The position numbers and the translations under genes are program-made. A stretch of 63,890 nt of DNA, filler included, from Salisapilia sapeloensis CBS 127946 (taxonomy: Eukaryota > Protista > Oomycota), in assembly GCA_023334545.1 (NCBI GenBank). It is 9 parts of 9 records of this genome, joined end to end, with 100 filler letters (N's around TTAATTAATTAA, not from the genome) between each part and the next. Parts side by side here need not be neighbours in the genome. Positions count along the whole stretch, not along the records: positions 1 to 28,582 come from JAADVB010000230.1; 8 more parts are not named here. The stretch is one strand, 5' to 3'. The stretch's first letter is position 1. Every line of letters begins with the position of its first letter. The notes beneath the pieces are model-generated. The model worked only from the letters and a program-made list of their open reading frames with translations. It had not been told where the DNA came from and made no database searches. Below, piece by piece: positions 1 through 10,500 of this stretch.

Positions 1-802
1 AAAAGTTGGCCAGAAGCGTCATGTCTTCTGGTAGGAGGGAGATGGCGACACCGAACGGCACGGCGAACGCAATGATAGAGAGCAAATTCGCTTCGGCAAA
101 GGCTGCAGTAATGTTGCTAGGTACAAGCGTCTTGAGCTGACCTTGCAAAGCTTCCGACAAGCTTCGTTCAGCATAATCTCCTTCCGCTTCGGCAAAGTAG
201 CCGTTAATGTCCTTGACCATAAAGACCGATGAGTTCGAGTGGTTACAGTCCGACTTGAAGTTTTCATCGACGACACATTCGATCGTGCCATCGACCTCGG
301 TCAGGTACTCGTCTTCCTCATTACACTGGAAAGCAAACTTTGGATTCGTGTCCTCTTGCGGGCGATCCTTGTTGCTGAATACAGGTCGGAAGATGACGAC
401 CCAGATAAGACCTTCGATCGAGGCGCAGACCGTCGTAATTATGTACATGAGAGCTGCACGCGAACCGATCTTGCCAGCTTTGCCAACGGCGAGCATGTCT
501 GCCATACCGACGACCAACGAGCAAAAGACGAGCGGCGAAACCAGACATTTGACGGCATTGATGAAGAGCGTTCCAAGGATACCGATCCAAGAAGTGGCTA
601 CTTCGGATGGACTTGCCGTTTGCACAGCGATACCGATGCCAATGCCGAGAATGGCTCCGGTAAGGACACCAGGGACACCGGCGTATGCCCGCTTGAGCTT
701 TCCCTTGAGTCCAGGCTCCTTGGGAGTTTGATTTTGCTCGTTATCTTCGTAGAGTGGAGGACTTTGTGCCACATCGTAGTCGCCACGAGGAGACTGCGCC
801 AT
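1..802 (-). CDS. Dicarboxylate/amino acid:cation symporter (DAACS/SDF, SLC1-like), N-terminal part; runs off the window start
   Basis: Not in the ORF track. Manual translation from ATG at 802 is open to the window edge: MAQSPRGDY...GVLTGAILGIGIGIAV...WIGILGTLFINAVKCLVSPLVFCSLVVGMADM...IGSRAALMYIITTVCASIEGLIWV...LKTLVPSNITAAFAEANLLSIIAFAVPFGVAI. 'LFINAVKCLVSPLVF' and 'LVPSNI..AF...NLLSII.FA..FG' match SDF family motifs. Confidence 0.9.
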   Translation of the reverse strand, partial: MAQSPRGDYDVAQSPPLYEDNEQNQTPKEPGLKGKLKRAYAGVPGVLTGAILGIGIGIAVQTASPSEVATSWIGILGTLFINAVKCLVSPLVFCSLVVGMADMLAVGKAGKIGSRAALMYIITTVCASIEGLIWVVIFRPVFSNKDRPQEDTNPKFAFQCNEEDEYLTEVDGTIECVVDENFKSDCNHSNSSVFMVKDINGYFAEAEGDYAERSLSEALQGQLKTLVPSNITAAFAEANLLSIIAFAVPFGVAISLLPEDMTLLANF

Positions 803-1531
803 TAGGATGGATGATGGTATCAAAAAAACTTGAGCTGGCGGAGGCAAATTGGAAAATGCAAAGCTGGTGGACGAGGTGAGATAGCGAGACTGAATTGCAT
901 GAGCCACATCACGTTGAAGAAAGAAGCTGAAGCCACATGGTCTCTGGCTAGCCAAGGTGAGAGCAAATCAGCAAGCGGCGAGAGGCTGCAGCTGATTGAC
1001 TTTGATTAAAAAGAGCCGGTACTAGGTATCGCATCTCGGGAGTAAAGCCACCTTGTCGAGAGACTGATTAGAGCTAGTGTCAGCTCATGCAGCTAACTGA
1101 TCCAACAGCCATTAAACACTTGAAGGCAAGCTAAAAAGAAGATGAAGCAAAGTATTGACTAGTGCAAGCGAACGAAGTGGACGGCTTTCCACTTGTCATT
1201 CCGCGAAATATAACTGGATTCACCTTTGACTACTCGATAAAAATTTGCCACCCCAGTCCATCGCCTTGATGCTACCTCTTTGTATCTGTATGCAGCAGAG
1301 AGCAGCGCTGGCCTCGTGGCTCTACCATCTCTGTGTCGCATCTCAATATCTCTTTTTTCAAATATTCCGGTTGCCATTGAAGCTATCGAAATGCGGAACA
1401 AAGATTGACAAGTGAAGCCATGTATCTGGAATTAATCCAACCCTTTTCCTCTTGACTACCATCTGCGAAAGAAGAGTGTTTGTCCTACACTTGGACATGG
1501 TGGCAATGATGGCAAACGAGGGTTCTATTTC

Positions 1532-4500
1532 CTATGCTTTTGAATCAATAAACGCCATGGCAACCGCACGCAGTTGCTTCGATCTGCCTCGCTCGCCCAC
1601 CGTCGAATAGTGCGTGGCACTTCCAAGGCCGAGGTTCTTGAGGAAACTTGGAGACAAGAGGTCGTCCTGGGCTTCTTGAAGCTCAACGGCCTGCTCTGCC
1701 AACCGCGCTACCATCCGACTGACGCAAGCCTTCACCAGCTTCCCCCGCCTCTCTTGCTGATCTTCCAGCAGCATTGGCGTCAAGGCTGCGCGAAGCTTCA
1801 TCATCCGGTCCAGACGACCGGTAGTCTCGTCCATTTCCTCCGTCGGCTGCTGCAGCGTGAGGAACTCATACCACAGCGCTCCTCCCAATCGGCCTTGGGA
1901 CGCTGTGTCCCAGTTGGCAACCTCTTGCTGATGCTCATCGAGCGCACTGAGGATAGTGTACAGGACGGACAGTTCGTTCGACAGGAAGAGCGCGTGGGCA
2001 ACGTGTTCCAGCAACGTTTCGTGCGCCAAGTGGTACTCTTCCGCCTGGATCCACAGCTCAATCTCATCATGATGCCGGTGCTCTGCTCGAGCGAGCACGG
2101 CTTTGCTGTGTGCAACCCACTGCGTCGGCACGTGGCATTCCTCAACGAGCTTCGTCTCATCTTCCGAGGAAAAGTAGGGAGCAAAGGTCGTGAGGAGGTT
2201 GCGGCACGTTTGTTCACGTTCGACATCATCTTGGAGCGTCAACGCGACGTAGATGCTATCCTGCCACTGACCGAGGGACTGGAGTTCCTCCAAGTACGCA
2301 TGTGTCACGTGCGTCTGGACGTCCTGAGGAATTTGGTATTCAAGCGCCAGAAGCATTTGAAGCAGGTGGAACGGCACTGCGTAGTCCAATTGTCCTTGGC
2401 CAGAGATACCAGTGGGAGACAGCAAATGCGTGAAGGCAACCGACGGGGCGTCCACGTACAGCTGGAGCAAAAGGAATAGCGAACTGTCGCTCTCACCTCC
2501 GCCTGACTTGGGAGGAGAGCAGACGCCCTTCTCCACTAGACGCAGGAACTCGCTGATAGCGTTTGAGATGTTTCCGGTCTGCTTAAACCAAAAGACGAGG
2601 GCGAGCGTCTGCAGCCACGACAAGTTCTCCTGATCTGCCACGACTTCCACCAGCCCAGTTAAGAGACTGTAGACGAGGAAGAGGTCTTTGCTCATAAACG
2701 CCAGGCGGCCAGACTGGTCCCACTTGTCGTACTGCACTTCCATAAGTTCCTTGAACGCAGACGACGGACCGTAACTGTCAGCCTGGGACAGCAACGTCGC
2801 GAGGTGAAAGTCGCCGTCCGAGATCGCGTGCTCGGCAGCTGCCACCAGGTCATGGCTCAAGAGGCAGTTCAAAGTGGTCGACTTGTCCTGAGGAACGCTC
2901 TGGTCCAGCCAGCAGGAGAAGGCGTTGCGCCGACGCTCAATGGCGCCTCGACTTGCCCACGTCTCCTCTTCGATCGGAACATCCGTCGGGAGTCGGTAGT
3001 TGTCCGCCGTGACGGTCGGTTCCTGACCAAAGAGCGCTTGGAAGAGCTGGAAGAGGCGAGAGACGTCCGAGTGAGGCACGTCTAGTTCCGCGTAGGACCG
3101 AAGCACTTGCATGAGACTATTTTCGTCACTAGACATGGTAGGTAAAGATATAAAAGGACACTTGGACGTAGTGGAGACCGTCGCTTGGTTCCGATGCACT
3201 TGTAGTAGCTTCTTAAAGTTCTTGGATGTGTCTGCAGGTATCAGAGGCTTCTTGACGTCTACTTGCTGGTGCAGAGTAGATGAGTCCATCCCACTGGTGA
3301 GATCCAAAAAGAGACCCTTGGGACCAAAGCTACAGCGAAAGGAGCGTCCGAGGAAGAGGCTCTGGTCCACATGGACTCGAACGCTGTCTCTCGTATGAGC
3401 AGCTTTACGCAGAAGAGCGTACGTTGCGGACTGTTTCGCAGGGGGAAGGCGACTGGTCTGAGCGTTGAGACCACGAGGCTGCAGTCGAGGCAGTCGAGGG
3501 ACTGCAAACGTCTCACAGGTGTTCACCTCTGGTACATCGTTAGCCTCTGGGCCGCTCGGGACGGCTGATGTGGAGCCCTCCACTTCTTCTTCTTCTTGGC
3601 CTAGGGGGCGAAAAAAGGAGAAAGGAGCGGAGGGCTGACTAAAAAACGATGCGACTGCCTGACGATTGCTGGAATCAGGATGCTGCACGAGGGCGACCTT
3701 GGAACTAGTAAAGACGCTGCTGCCCATGTCGACGTCTTGTCGGTCGGGCAAACTCTTGTTCTTCATGTCTTGGTCCTCATCCTCGTCCTCGTCTTCATCT
3801 GCGAATCCATATCGGCTAAAGTGCTCCACTCGGAAGCGCCAGAGTCCCAGTCGAGCATTATACTCGAGGTATGTGGCCTGCATGTCCTCCGTGCGGTTAC
3901 GAACGCGGTCCGTGTACACCTCTGGGTCCTGGCTCTTTGGTGGGAAGACGTTCCAGAGTTCAACCGTCGCCGGCTTGTTCAGCTTCGTTCCGAGTTCGTG
4001 CTTCTTATCGTCATCCGGGTACACGATCACCTCCTTTGGTTTGATCTCCACCAGTTCATCGAGATCCAGTCCACGGACGTCCGTCGGTCCGAGCCACTGG
4101 ACGCGCCCTCGGTCCTTTCGGACGACAGTAAAGTCGTGCACTTGGCTCAGCTCTTCATCCGTTAAACTCTTCAGCTCGTCCATCGGAGGGTGGGTGTAGT
4201 AGTCTGGATTCGTCAGCTTCGGCACTTGAGGCGTCGATCGCTCCGACGCTTGTTCGTGCAGCTCTTCCTCTAGTGCAGAAGACAAATAGTCGTCGTATGA
4301 AGCAAACTTCTTGCTCTTGGGCGCTTTCGGGGCCTCTTCACTCTGCTTGTCTTCGCGAGATTCAATGTCGATCTCGTCCTTGTCGGTTAGAGAAAGCGAC
4401 GTTAGGAGGGAGGACGAAGGCAAGACGCGACCGTGGAGAACGAGCTGGATGGAGCCGATGGTCGGATCTTCCGCATTGACGATCGTCTGCACCTTCTTTT

Positions 4501-7162
4501 GGACTGAACTAATCGAGGCATCCGCATCCAGCTTCAGCATGTAGTCGTTGTCCGAGTGCTTGTTTCTGAAGTGGACGCGAACCTTATTGTCCTCGTCCGG
4601 CCGTAAGCCATGGCGATCCGTATCGTCTGCACTGTCCACTGGCACAACATCCGCCTTCTTCGGCGACTGCTCTCCGTCTCGACGAATGACCAGCTTCAAT
4701 GCGTCCTTCGGATTGAACTTGGAAGTTGTGAAAGAAACCTCTTCCTCTCCGTCCTTAGTCTTGTCCTCGAGTTTGGCGACATTGAACAGACCGGCGTACC
4801 TGTTTTTACGGGCAGTACCCTTGAACACAGGCGTGTGGAGCATTGTCACAGGCACGGCCGAGTGTCGTTCCTTCACCAGCTGCCGTCTGGAGGCAAGGGA
4901 CGTGTCGATTGGACCGATGGGCAGACCAACATCCGACGCGAAGCGACTCAACTTGCTAGAGAGTCCGCCGGAAGGAGTCGGAAACTCCAACGCTGCCTTG
5001 ACTTTTTGCTCGACGAGTCCATGGCCGACGTTACCGGCTCCATAGGGATCTTTGTCCACAGACGCCACTAGCATCTGTGGTTGTTGCGGCTGCTGCTGTT
5101 GGTTTTGAGAGAACAACGAGGTGCCAGTGCCAAAGCTAGACTGTTGCTGCGTGCCTCCAAAATTGAATCCCGACTGCTGCTGCTGCTGCTGAGGCTGAGC
5201 ACTGAATGACGACGTGTTGTTGCCAAAGAGAGAGGTGCCGGTAGAAGCACCAGTGTTACCAAAGAGACTCGAGCCAGTGTTGTTTCCAAACAAACTGCCG
5301 CCAGTGTTCTGCTGCGCAGGTTTACTGCCAAAGAGACTCGACGACTGGTTGTTCTGACCACCAAAGTTGAATCCAGACCCTTGCGTCGACTGCGTGTTGC
5401 CTCCGAACAACGACCCTCCCGCCGTGTTCGCAGTCGAGGTAGATGCGCCAAAGCCTCCGCCAGTCGAGCCGAAGCCGCCAAAGCCAGTATTGGCAGGTTG
5501 CTGCTGCTGCTGTGTACCACCAAAGCCTCCACCCGTGGCACCGAATCCACCAGTATTGTTCGTCTGCTGCGTGGCGCCAAAGCCTCCAAAGCCAGAGGTC
5601 TGCTGCGTGTTTCCTCCAAACAACGAAGTCTGTGGCTGGGCTTGCTGCTGCTGCGGTTGGGAAGTTGCGCCGAAGCCACTACCAAAGGTACCGAAAGACG
5701 ACGTTGCAGCGGGCTTGTTAAAGCTACTGGCGCCTCCAAATGCATTATTTCCAGCATTCGCTTGTTGCTGCTGCGGCTGTTGGGTGCCAAATCCGAAACC
5801 GGATTGGGCCGGCTGAGTCGTGGCACCAAAGCCAGACGGCTGCGCGCCGAATCCTCCGCCAGTGTTGTTGCTTGTCGCTCCAAAGGCCGACGGCTGAGAG
5901 CCAAAGCCACCGGACGCCATGGGCTGGGAGGCTGCCCCAAAGGTTGAGGTGGAAGCCTGTCCGCCTCCAAAGGCACTGGTTCCGCCTGTGTTTCCAAACG
6001 CAGAGGTTCCGAATCCACCCGTTGAAGCCTGTGGCGTTGATCCAAAGGCGGATGTGGTGCCGAACCCGCTCGACGTCTGTGTATTTCCACCAAAGGCAGA
6101 CGTGGCGCCAAAGCCAGTCGAGTTCTGCTGAGTGTTACCAAAGGCAGAGGTCGTGCCGAAGCCTGTGCTAGCCTGAGGCGTGCTTCCGAACGCAGAGCCA
6201 CCTCCAAAGCCAGACGACTGGGCACCAAAGGCTGACGTCTGAGATGTTGACGCACCGCCAAAGCCAGTGCCGAAGCCTCCAGATGCAGCAGGCTGTTGAG
6301 CAGGCTGGGGAGCAAATTGAGTGGCGGCTTGTTGCGCGGCCTGCGGGTTCGAGCGCTTCAAGTAGTCTTCGTAGCGCAGCTCTTCCGTCGACTTGTGACT
6401 GTACGCTGGCATGCGGGTGATCGAAACAAAAGTGTCCGTTCCAGAGGTGCCTGTCTGGCTTGTCTGAGAATACGGTGGGTTGCCTGTTCCTACTTGAGGC
6501 TGATTGGGCTGTTGTTGTTGCTGCTGTTGCTGAGGTGCAGTGGTCGCACCGAAACCGGAGGAAGCGCCAAATCCACCGCCAGTCGAGCCAAAGCTACTGC
6601 CGCCACCAAAAGTGCTCTGCGTCTGCGTCGACCCGAACGGAGCTTTCTGCGTATTGGCGCCAAATCCGGTGGATCCGAAGCCAGTGGAAGGCGTGCTGGT
6701 GCTACCAAAGGTGGAGGTAGCGCCAAAGCCAGCGGATGCACCAGTGTTTTGCTGACCAAAGACACTCGAGCCTCCGAACGGACTGGAAGCGGCTGCAGGC
6801 TTGGCAGCGGCGCCGAATGGAGAGGCGGCTGCATTATTATTGTTATTATTATTTCCAAAAGTGTTGGTGGAGCCAAAGCCACCGAAGGAAGACGTGCCGG
6901 TAGACGTTTTGGGCGCGTTGGACCCGAATGCAGACGTCTGGCCAAAGGTAGAAGTCTGGCCAAAGCCAGTCGATGATTGTCCAAACGCAGGAGTCTGTTG
7001 GCCGAATCCAGTGGCAGGAGCTCCGAAAGCAGAGCTCGTGGCCGGGTTCTGGGGCGCAGGCGTGGCGCCAAAGGCTGGTGTCGAGGGTTGTGCTCCGAAG
7101 GGAGTCGCGGGGGCACTGTTATTGCCGCCGAAGCCCCCGCCTCCACCAAAGCTGAAGGACAT
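1532..7162 (-). CDS. NUP98: Nup98-Nup96 precursor nucleoporin (1876 aa, single exon)
   Basis: About 700 aa of FG/SFG/SLFG repeats. GLEBS-like motif (ITRMPAYSHKSTEELRYEDY, ~6363-6420). Peptidase S59 autoproteolytic domain with FRVEHF|SRYG (H-F-S at 3815-3823). Nup96 region follows (LFLGRSFRCSFGP; helical C-terminus). Confidence 0.97.
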   Translation of the reverse strand: MSFSFGGGGGFGGNNSAPATPFGAQPSTPAFGATPAPQNPATSSAFGAPATGFGQQTPAFGQSSTGFGQTSTFGQTSAFGSNAPKTSTGTSSFGGFGSTNTFGNNNNNNNAAASPFGAAAKPAAASSPFGGSSVFGQQNTGASAGFGATSTFGSTSTPSTGFGSTGFGANTQKAPFGSTQTQSTFGGGSSFGSTGGGFGASSGFGATTAPQQQQQQQQPNQPQVGTGNPPYSQTSQTGTSGTDTFVSITRMPAYSHKSTEELRYEDYLKRSNPQAAQQAATQFAPQPAQQPAASGGFGTGFGGASTSQTSAFGAQSSGFGGGSAFGSTPQASTGFGTTSAFGNTQQNSTGFGATSAFGGNTQTSSGFGTTSAFGSTPQASTGGFGTSAFGNTGGTSAFGGGQASTSTFGAASQPMASGGFGSQPSAFGATSNNTGGGFGAQPSGFGATTQPAQSGFGFGTQQPQQQQANAGNNAFGGASSFNKPAATSSFGTFGSGFGATSQPQQQQAQPQTSLFGGNTQQTSGFGGFGATQQTNNTGGFGATGGGFGGTQQQQQPANTGFGGFGSTGGGFGASTSTANTAGGSLFGGNTQSTQGSGFNFGGQNNQSSSLFGSKPAQQNTGGSLFGNNTGSSLFGNTGASTGTSLFGNNTSSFSAQPQQQQQQSGFNFGGTQQQSSFGTGTSLFSQNQQQQPQQPQMLVASVDKDPYGAGNVGHGLVEQKVKAALEFPTPSGGLSSKLSRFASDVGLPIGPIDTSLASRRQLVKERHSAVPVTMLHTPVFKGTARKNRYAGLFNVAKLEDKTKDGEEEVSFTTSKFNPKDALKLVIRRDGEQSPKKADVVPVDSADDTDRHGLRPDEDNKVRVHFRNKHSDNDYMLKLDADASISSVQKKVQTIVNAEDPTIGSIQLVLHGRVLPSSSLLTSLSLTDKDEIDIESREDKQSEEAPKAPKSKKFASYDDYLSSALEEELHEQASERSTPQVPKLTNPDYYTHPPMDELKSLTDEELSQVHDFTVVRKDRGRVQWLGPTDVRGLDLDELVEIKPKEVIVYPDDDKKHELGTKLNKPATVELWNVFPPKSQDPEVYTDRVRNRTEDMQATYLEYNARLGLWRFRVEHFSRYGFADEDEDEDEDQDMKNKSLPDRQDVDMGSSVFTSSKVALVQHPDSSNRQAVASFFSQPSAPFSFFRPLGQEEEEVEGSTSAVPSGPEANDVPEVNTCETFAVPRLPRLQPRGLNAQTSRLPPAKQSATYALLRKAAHTRDSVRVHVDQSLFLGRSFRCSFGPKGLFLDLTSGMDSSTLHQQVDVKKPLIPADTSKNFKKLLQVHRNQATVSTTSKCPFISLPTMSSDENSLMQVLRSYAELDVPHSDVSRLFQLFQALFGQEPTVTADNYRLPTDVPIEEETWASRGAIERRRNAFSCWLDQSVPQDKSTTLNCLLSHDLVAAAEHAISDGDFHLATLLSQADSYGPSSAFKELMEVQYDKWDQSGRLAFMSKDLFLVYSLLTGLVEVVADQENLSWLQTLALVFWFKQTGNISNAISEFLRLVEKGVCSPPKSGGGESDSSLFLLLQLYVDAPSVAFTHLLSPTGISGQGQLDYAVPFHLLQMLLALEYQIPQDVQTHVTHAYLEELQSLGQWQDSIYVALTLQDDVEREQTCRNLLTTFAPYFSSEDETKLVEECHVPTQWVAHSKAVLARAEHRHHDEIELWIQAEEYHLAHETLLEHVAHALFLSNELSVLYTILSALDEHQQEVANWDTASQGRLGGALWYEFLTLQQPTEEMDETTGRLDRMMKLRAALTPMLLEDQQERRGKLVKACVSRMVARLAEQAVELQEAQDDLLSPSFLKNLGLGSATHYSTVGERGRSKQLRAVAMAFIDSKA

Positions 7163-7507
7163 GGACCGCTGCGTCTTGCTCTACTTGGTGAATAGCCTTC
7201 GGCTAGAGGTATTTTGAAGGACGAGAAACGACCAGGACAGACACAACCGAAATGCTTTATTAGTCGTCCGGAAACATACGAAATATAAAGAGGGGTGAAC
7301 GAAAAGGTTGTTGGAAGGTTGCGCGTTGTGGGTGTGCGTTTGCTATTTTGCAATTCATTTTCTCTTTTGCACATCCTCTACATGGAGTAATCGAGTAGCT
7401 ACAGGAGACAGTATGTGTACCAAGACGCGACCATTGCGGCTCCTACAACGGCTTCATGGTAGGAAGCGACCTTTCGGCATACTGCAACGCTGATTACCAC
7501 TGGAACA

Positions 7508-10500
7508 ATGGCCAGGAGATGGCTGCCAAGATTAGTCTTACTGGGCTTGACCTTCTTGCATTTGCATCGAGTTCAATCAGCGCAAATCTCTTCGTTTGCC
7601 TGGTCGGACGAGACTGCGGGTGCTTCAACGACAGTGGGATTTATTCTCGACCTGGAAGCAGAGGAGATCTCGCCGGACGCATCACTTCGAATAACGCTGC
7701 ACTCATTACTCGAGGCTTCTGCCGAGTTGACTGCCACTTTGCTTGTGAACTCCAATGCGGCGAGCGATACTGGCGTGAGTGTTGATACAGCAAACAAGGT
7801 GCTGACATTTATCAGAGATGGATCTGGGCCACCACTTTCTTCTGATGATACGCTGGAGTTTGAAGTTATAGGTCTTACGAATCCAAAATTTACGGCTGCG
7901 TTGTCTCCGTCTGGTAGTGTCGGCGTCTTCGACAACACTGGAGCAGAGCAGTTTGTTATATCCTTAAATACAGTGCATGTGAGTCCAGGAAGCATTTTGA
8001 CGAGTCAAGTAGCTTTCACGTCTCTGCTTGTTGGCAGAGCGAGCGATGTCGAGCTTCAGTTCTCTACGACGAATGGCCTATCAGCCGATGGAGGACTTTC
8101 TATTACAATGCCACACCGATATGTTGTCCACGACGGTATAACTGTCTCCGGCTTAGATGGAGTGACGGAGATATTTACTACCCCTGAAAGCTATGGTATC
8201 AAAATAAAAAGGAGTGGAGGAACCGTCATTCCGCCACTCGAGATAGCTTCCATAGTTCTGACGGGACTGGTGCATCCAAATGAAGAAGGATCACTGGAAG
8301 ATTATATCCGAGTGGATACATTCGACTCGTCCGATCGACTGATAGACCAAGGCCATGTCGATGCCTCGACTCTAGTACTAAAGAGGGCAAAAGTAGTAGC
8401 GGATACATTGTATTTACAAGGTAAAGAGGGAACAACAGTCGACTACTCGATTCACTTGACTGACCCACCAGTGAGTGCGTCCATTATGTTCGAAGCTGTG
8501 TGTGAAGACTGTGTCGGAATTTCAGTGTCCCCAGATCAAATCCATTTTGACGCGGGTAACTTTGCAGACTCACAGACTTTAACAGTGACATTTGCTCAGG
8601 ATGATACTTTTTCTAGCGGGCAACATGGAGTCATCAAGCACGTGTTACTGAATAGCGAGCAGGAGCCTAGCTTTAGACCGAGTGGTGCAAGTGTGTATGT
8701 GGAAATGGTAGACGATGACCTACCTGCTGTTTCCTCATCGAAATCGTTTCTTTTGCTTTCAGAGAACGTCGATACTGGCTACACGATCGTGCTATTGTCT
8801 GAACCAACGGAAGATGTGACTGTTTCCATTTCCGAAGGTACAAATAAGCTAGACATAAGCCCAACATCTGTCGTGTTCACATCGGCGACATGGAACACGC
8901 CTCAAGAAATTACTGTGTCTGTTTCTTCCGATGAGAATAACGCTGACAGTCGTTTGCAAATCGACCACTCGGTAGCTTCGGAAGATGCTCATTTCCATGC
9001 GGCACGTGTCACTCCGTCTGCAGATATCCAGGTCTACTTTTACTCGGCCAACACACCTTCATGCTCAAGTCCTTGTCTTGCTGGGCATTATTCTTTTTTG
9101 GACACAAATTCAGGCTCAGAGAGCTGCGTCGATTGTCCACAAGGTTACTTTTGCACAGGTGACTGCGCCCCAGCGGTGCCATGCCCTGTCGGAACGTCGT
9201 CTTCAACAGACCTTGCAACCAGTGCCAGTGTGTGTGAGCAGTGCCCAGAGGGATTCTATGCACCAGTAAAAGGACAAGCGACTTGCTGGAGCTGTCCTGC
9301 CGGAGCGAAATGCCCCGACCCAACGAACACATTTGAAAAGTGTCCAGCAGGGTCGTACTCGAATGTGAATGAGATCGAATGCCACGATTGTGCTCCTGGA
9401 ACGTACAATCCGAATGAGTTTCAAGAGACTTGCTTGATCTGTCCAACTGGAAAGTTTTGTGAGCAAGGAGCGACGTCTCCAAGTGCATGTTCTAGCGATA
9501 CGTTTTCATTTAGTAGTGGAGCTAGTAGTTGCGAATCATGCTTAGCAGGATACGGATGCGATGCTGACACAGGAGCCACGCCTTGTGGGAGTGGCACCTA
9601 CTCTTTGGATGGAGAGACATCCTGTATTACTTGTCCGAAAGGATTCTTTTGTGCAACGACAGACGAAGCCCCACGAAAGTGTTCTCTCGGGTTGTACAGT
9701 ACGGAAGGGAGTTTAGAATGTCAGGCGTGTCTGCCGGGATATAAATGTCCAGACCCGACTATCAATCCGATACCCTGTGAGCTTGGCACGTACAATTCTG
9801 TAGAGAAAGCCACTGACTGTTGGGCGTGTCCTGCTGGATACTCTTGCTCATCTGTATCACAAGATCCAGTTACTTGCGCCTCTGGGACGTACAGCGCTGC
9901 TGGAGACTACACTTGCCGTCCGTGCCCAGCAGGAAAGTCTTGTCTTGACAGTGCATTGGACCCAGAAGACTGTACCCCAGGCACTGTTTCTCTCGAAGGA
10001 GAAGCAACCTGTACAGATTGTCCTGCTGGGTTTATTTGTGCCGACCCCGCACAAGACCCCGCCACGTGCTCAAACGGTCAGTATGTTGTAAACGGTACGT
10101 CGTGTGTAGATTGTGAGCCTGGATTCTTTTGCCCATCGCCTTCTGAATTACCCCAGCCTTGTCCTTCGAACACGTATAGTACTGGAAGAGCGGCCGAATG
10201 CCAAACTTGTCCCGATGGAAACGTCTGTCTGCAAGATGGAACTGTATACGGTGAATGCCCGTTCGGCCAAATCCCGAATCCACTCCAAACAGAGTGCATT
10301 CCATGTCCAGCAGGATACTCTTGCACGACTTACGCGAAAGATGTTTGTTCCATTGGAACGTACAGTATAGAAGGAGATGGCAGCTGCAGAGCCTGCCCTT
10401 TAGGACACAAGTGCTTTTACACGACTACGGAGCCTATTCCATGTGCAAGCGGTTCGTATGCGCCTGTTAATTCCACCGAGTGCTTCACTTGCTTGCCTGG

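Noticed and set aside
1574-6976. Long alternative-frame and antisense ORFs over NUP98 (e.g. 1574-2479, 5068-6315, 6296-6976)
   Set aside because: Shadows of a GC-balanced, repeat-rich coding strand, with no motifs of their own.
5068-7162. FG, poly-Q and poly-N repeats as a CRISPR-like or satellite array
   Set aside because: They are in-frame protein repeats of Nup98 with degenerate third positions and no repeat-spacer structure.
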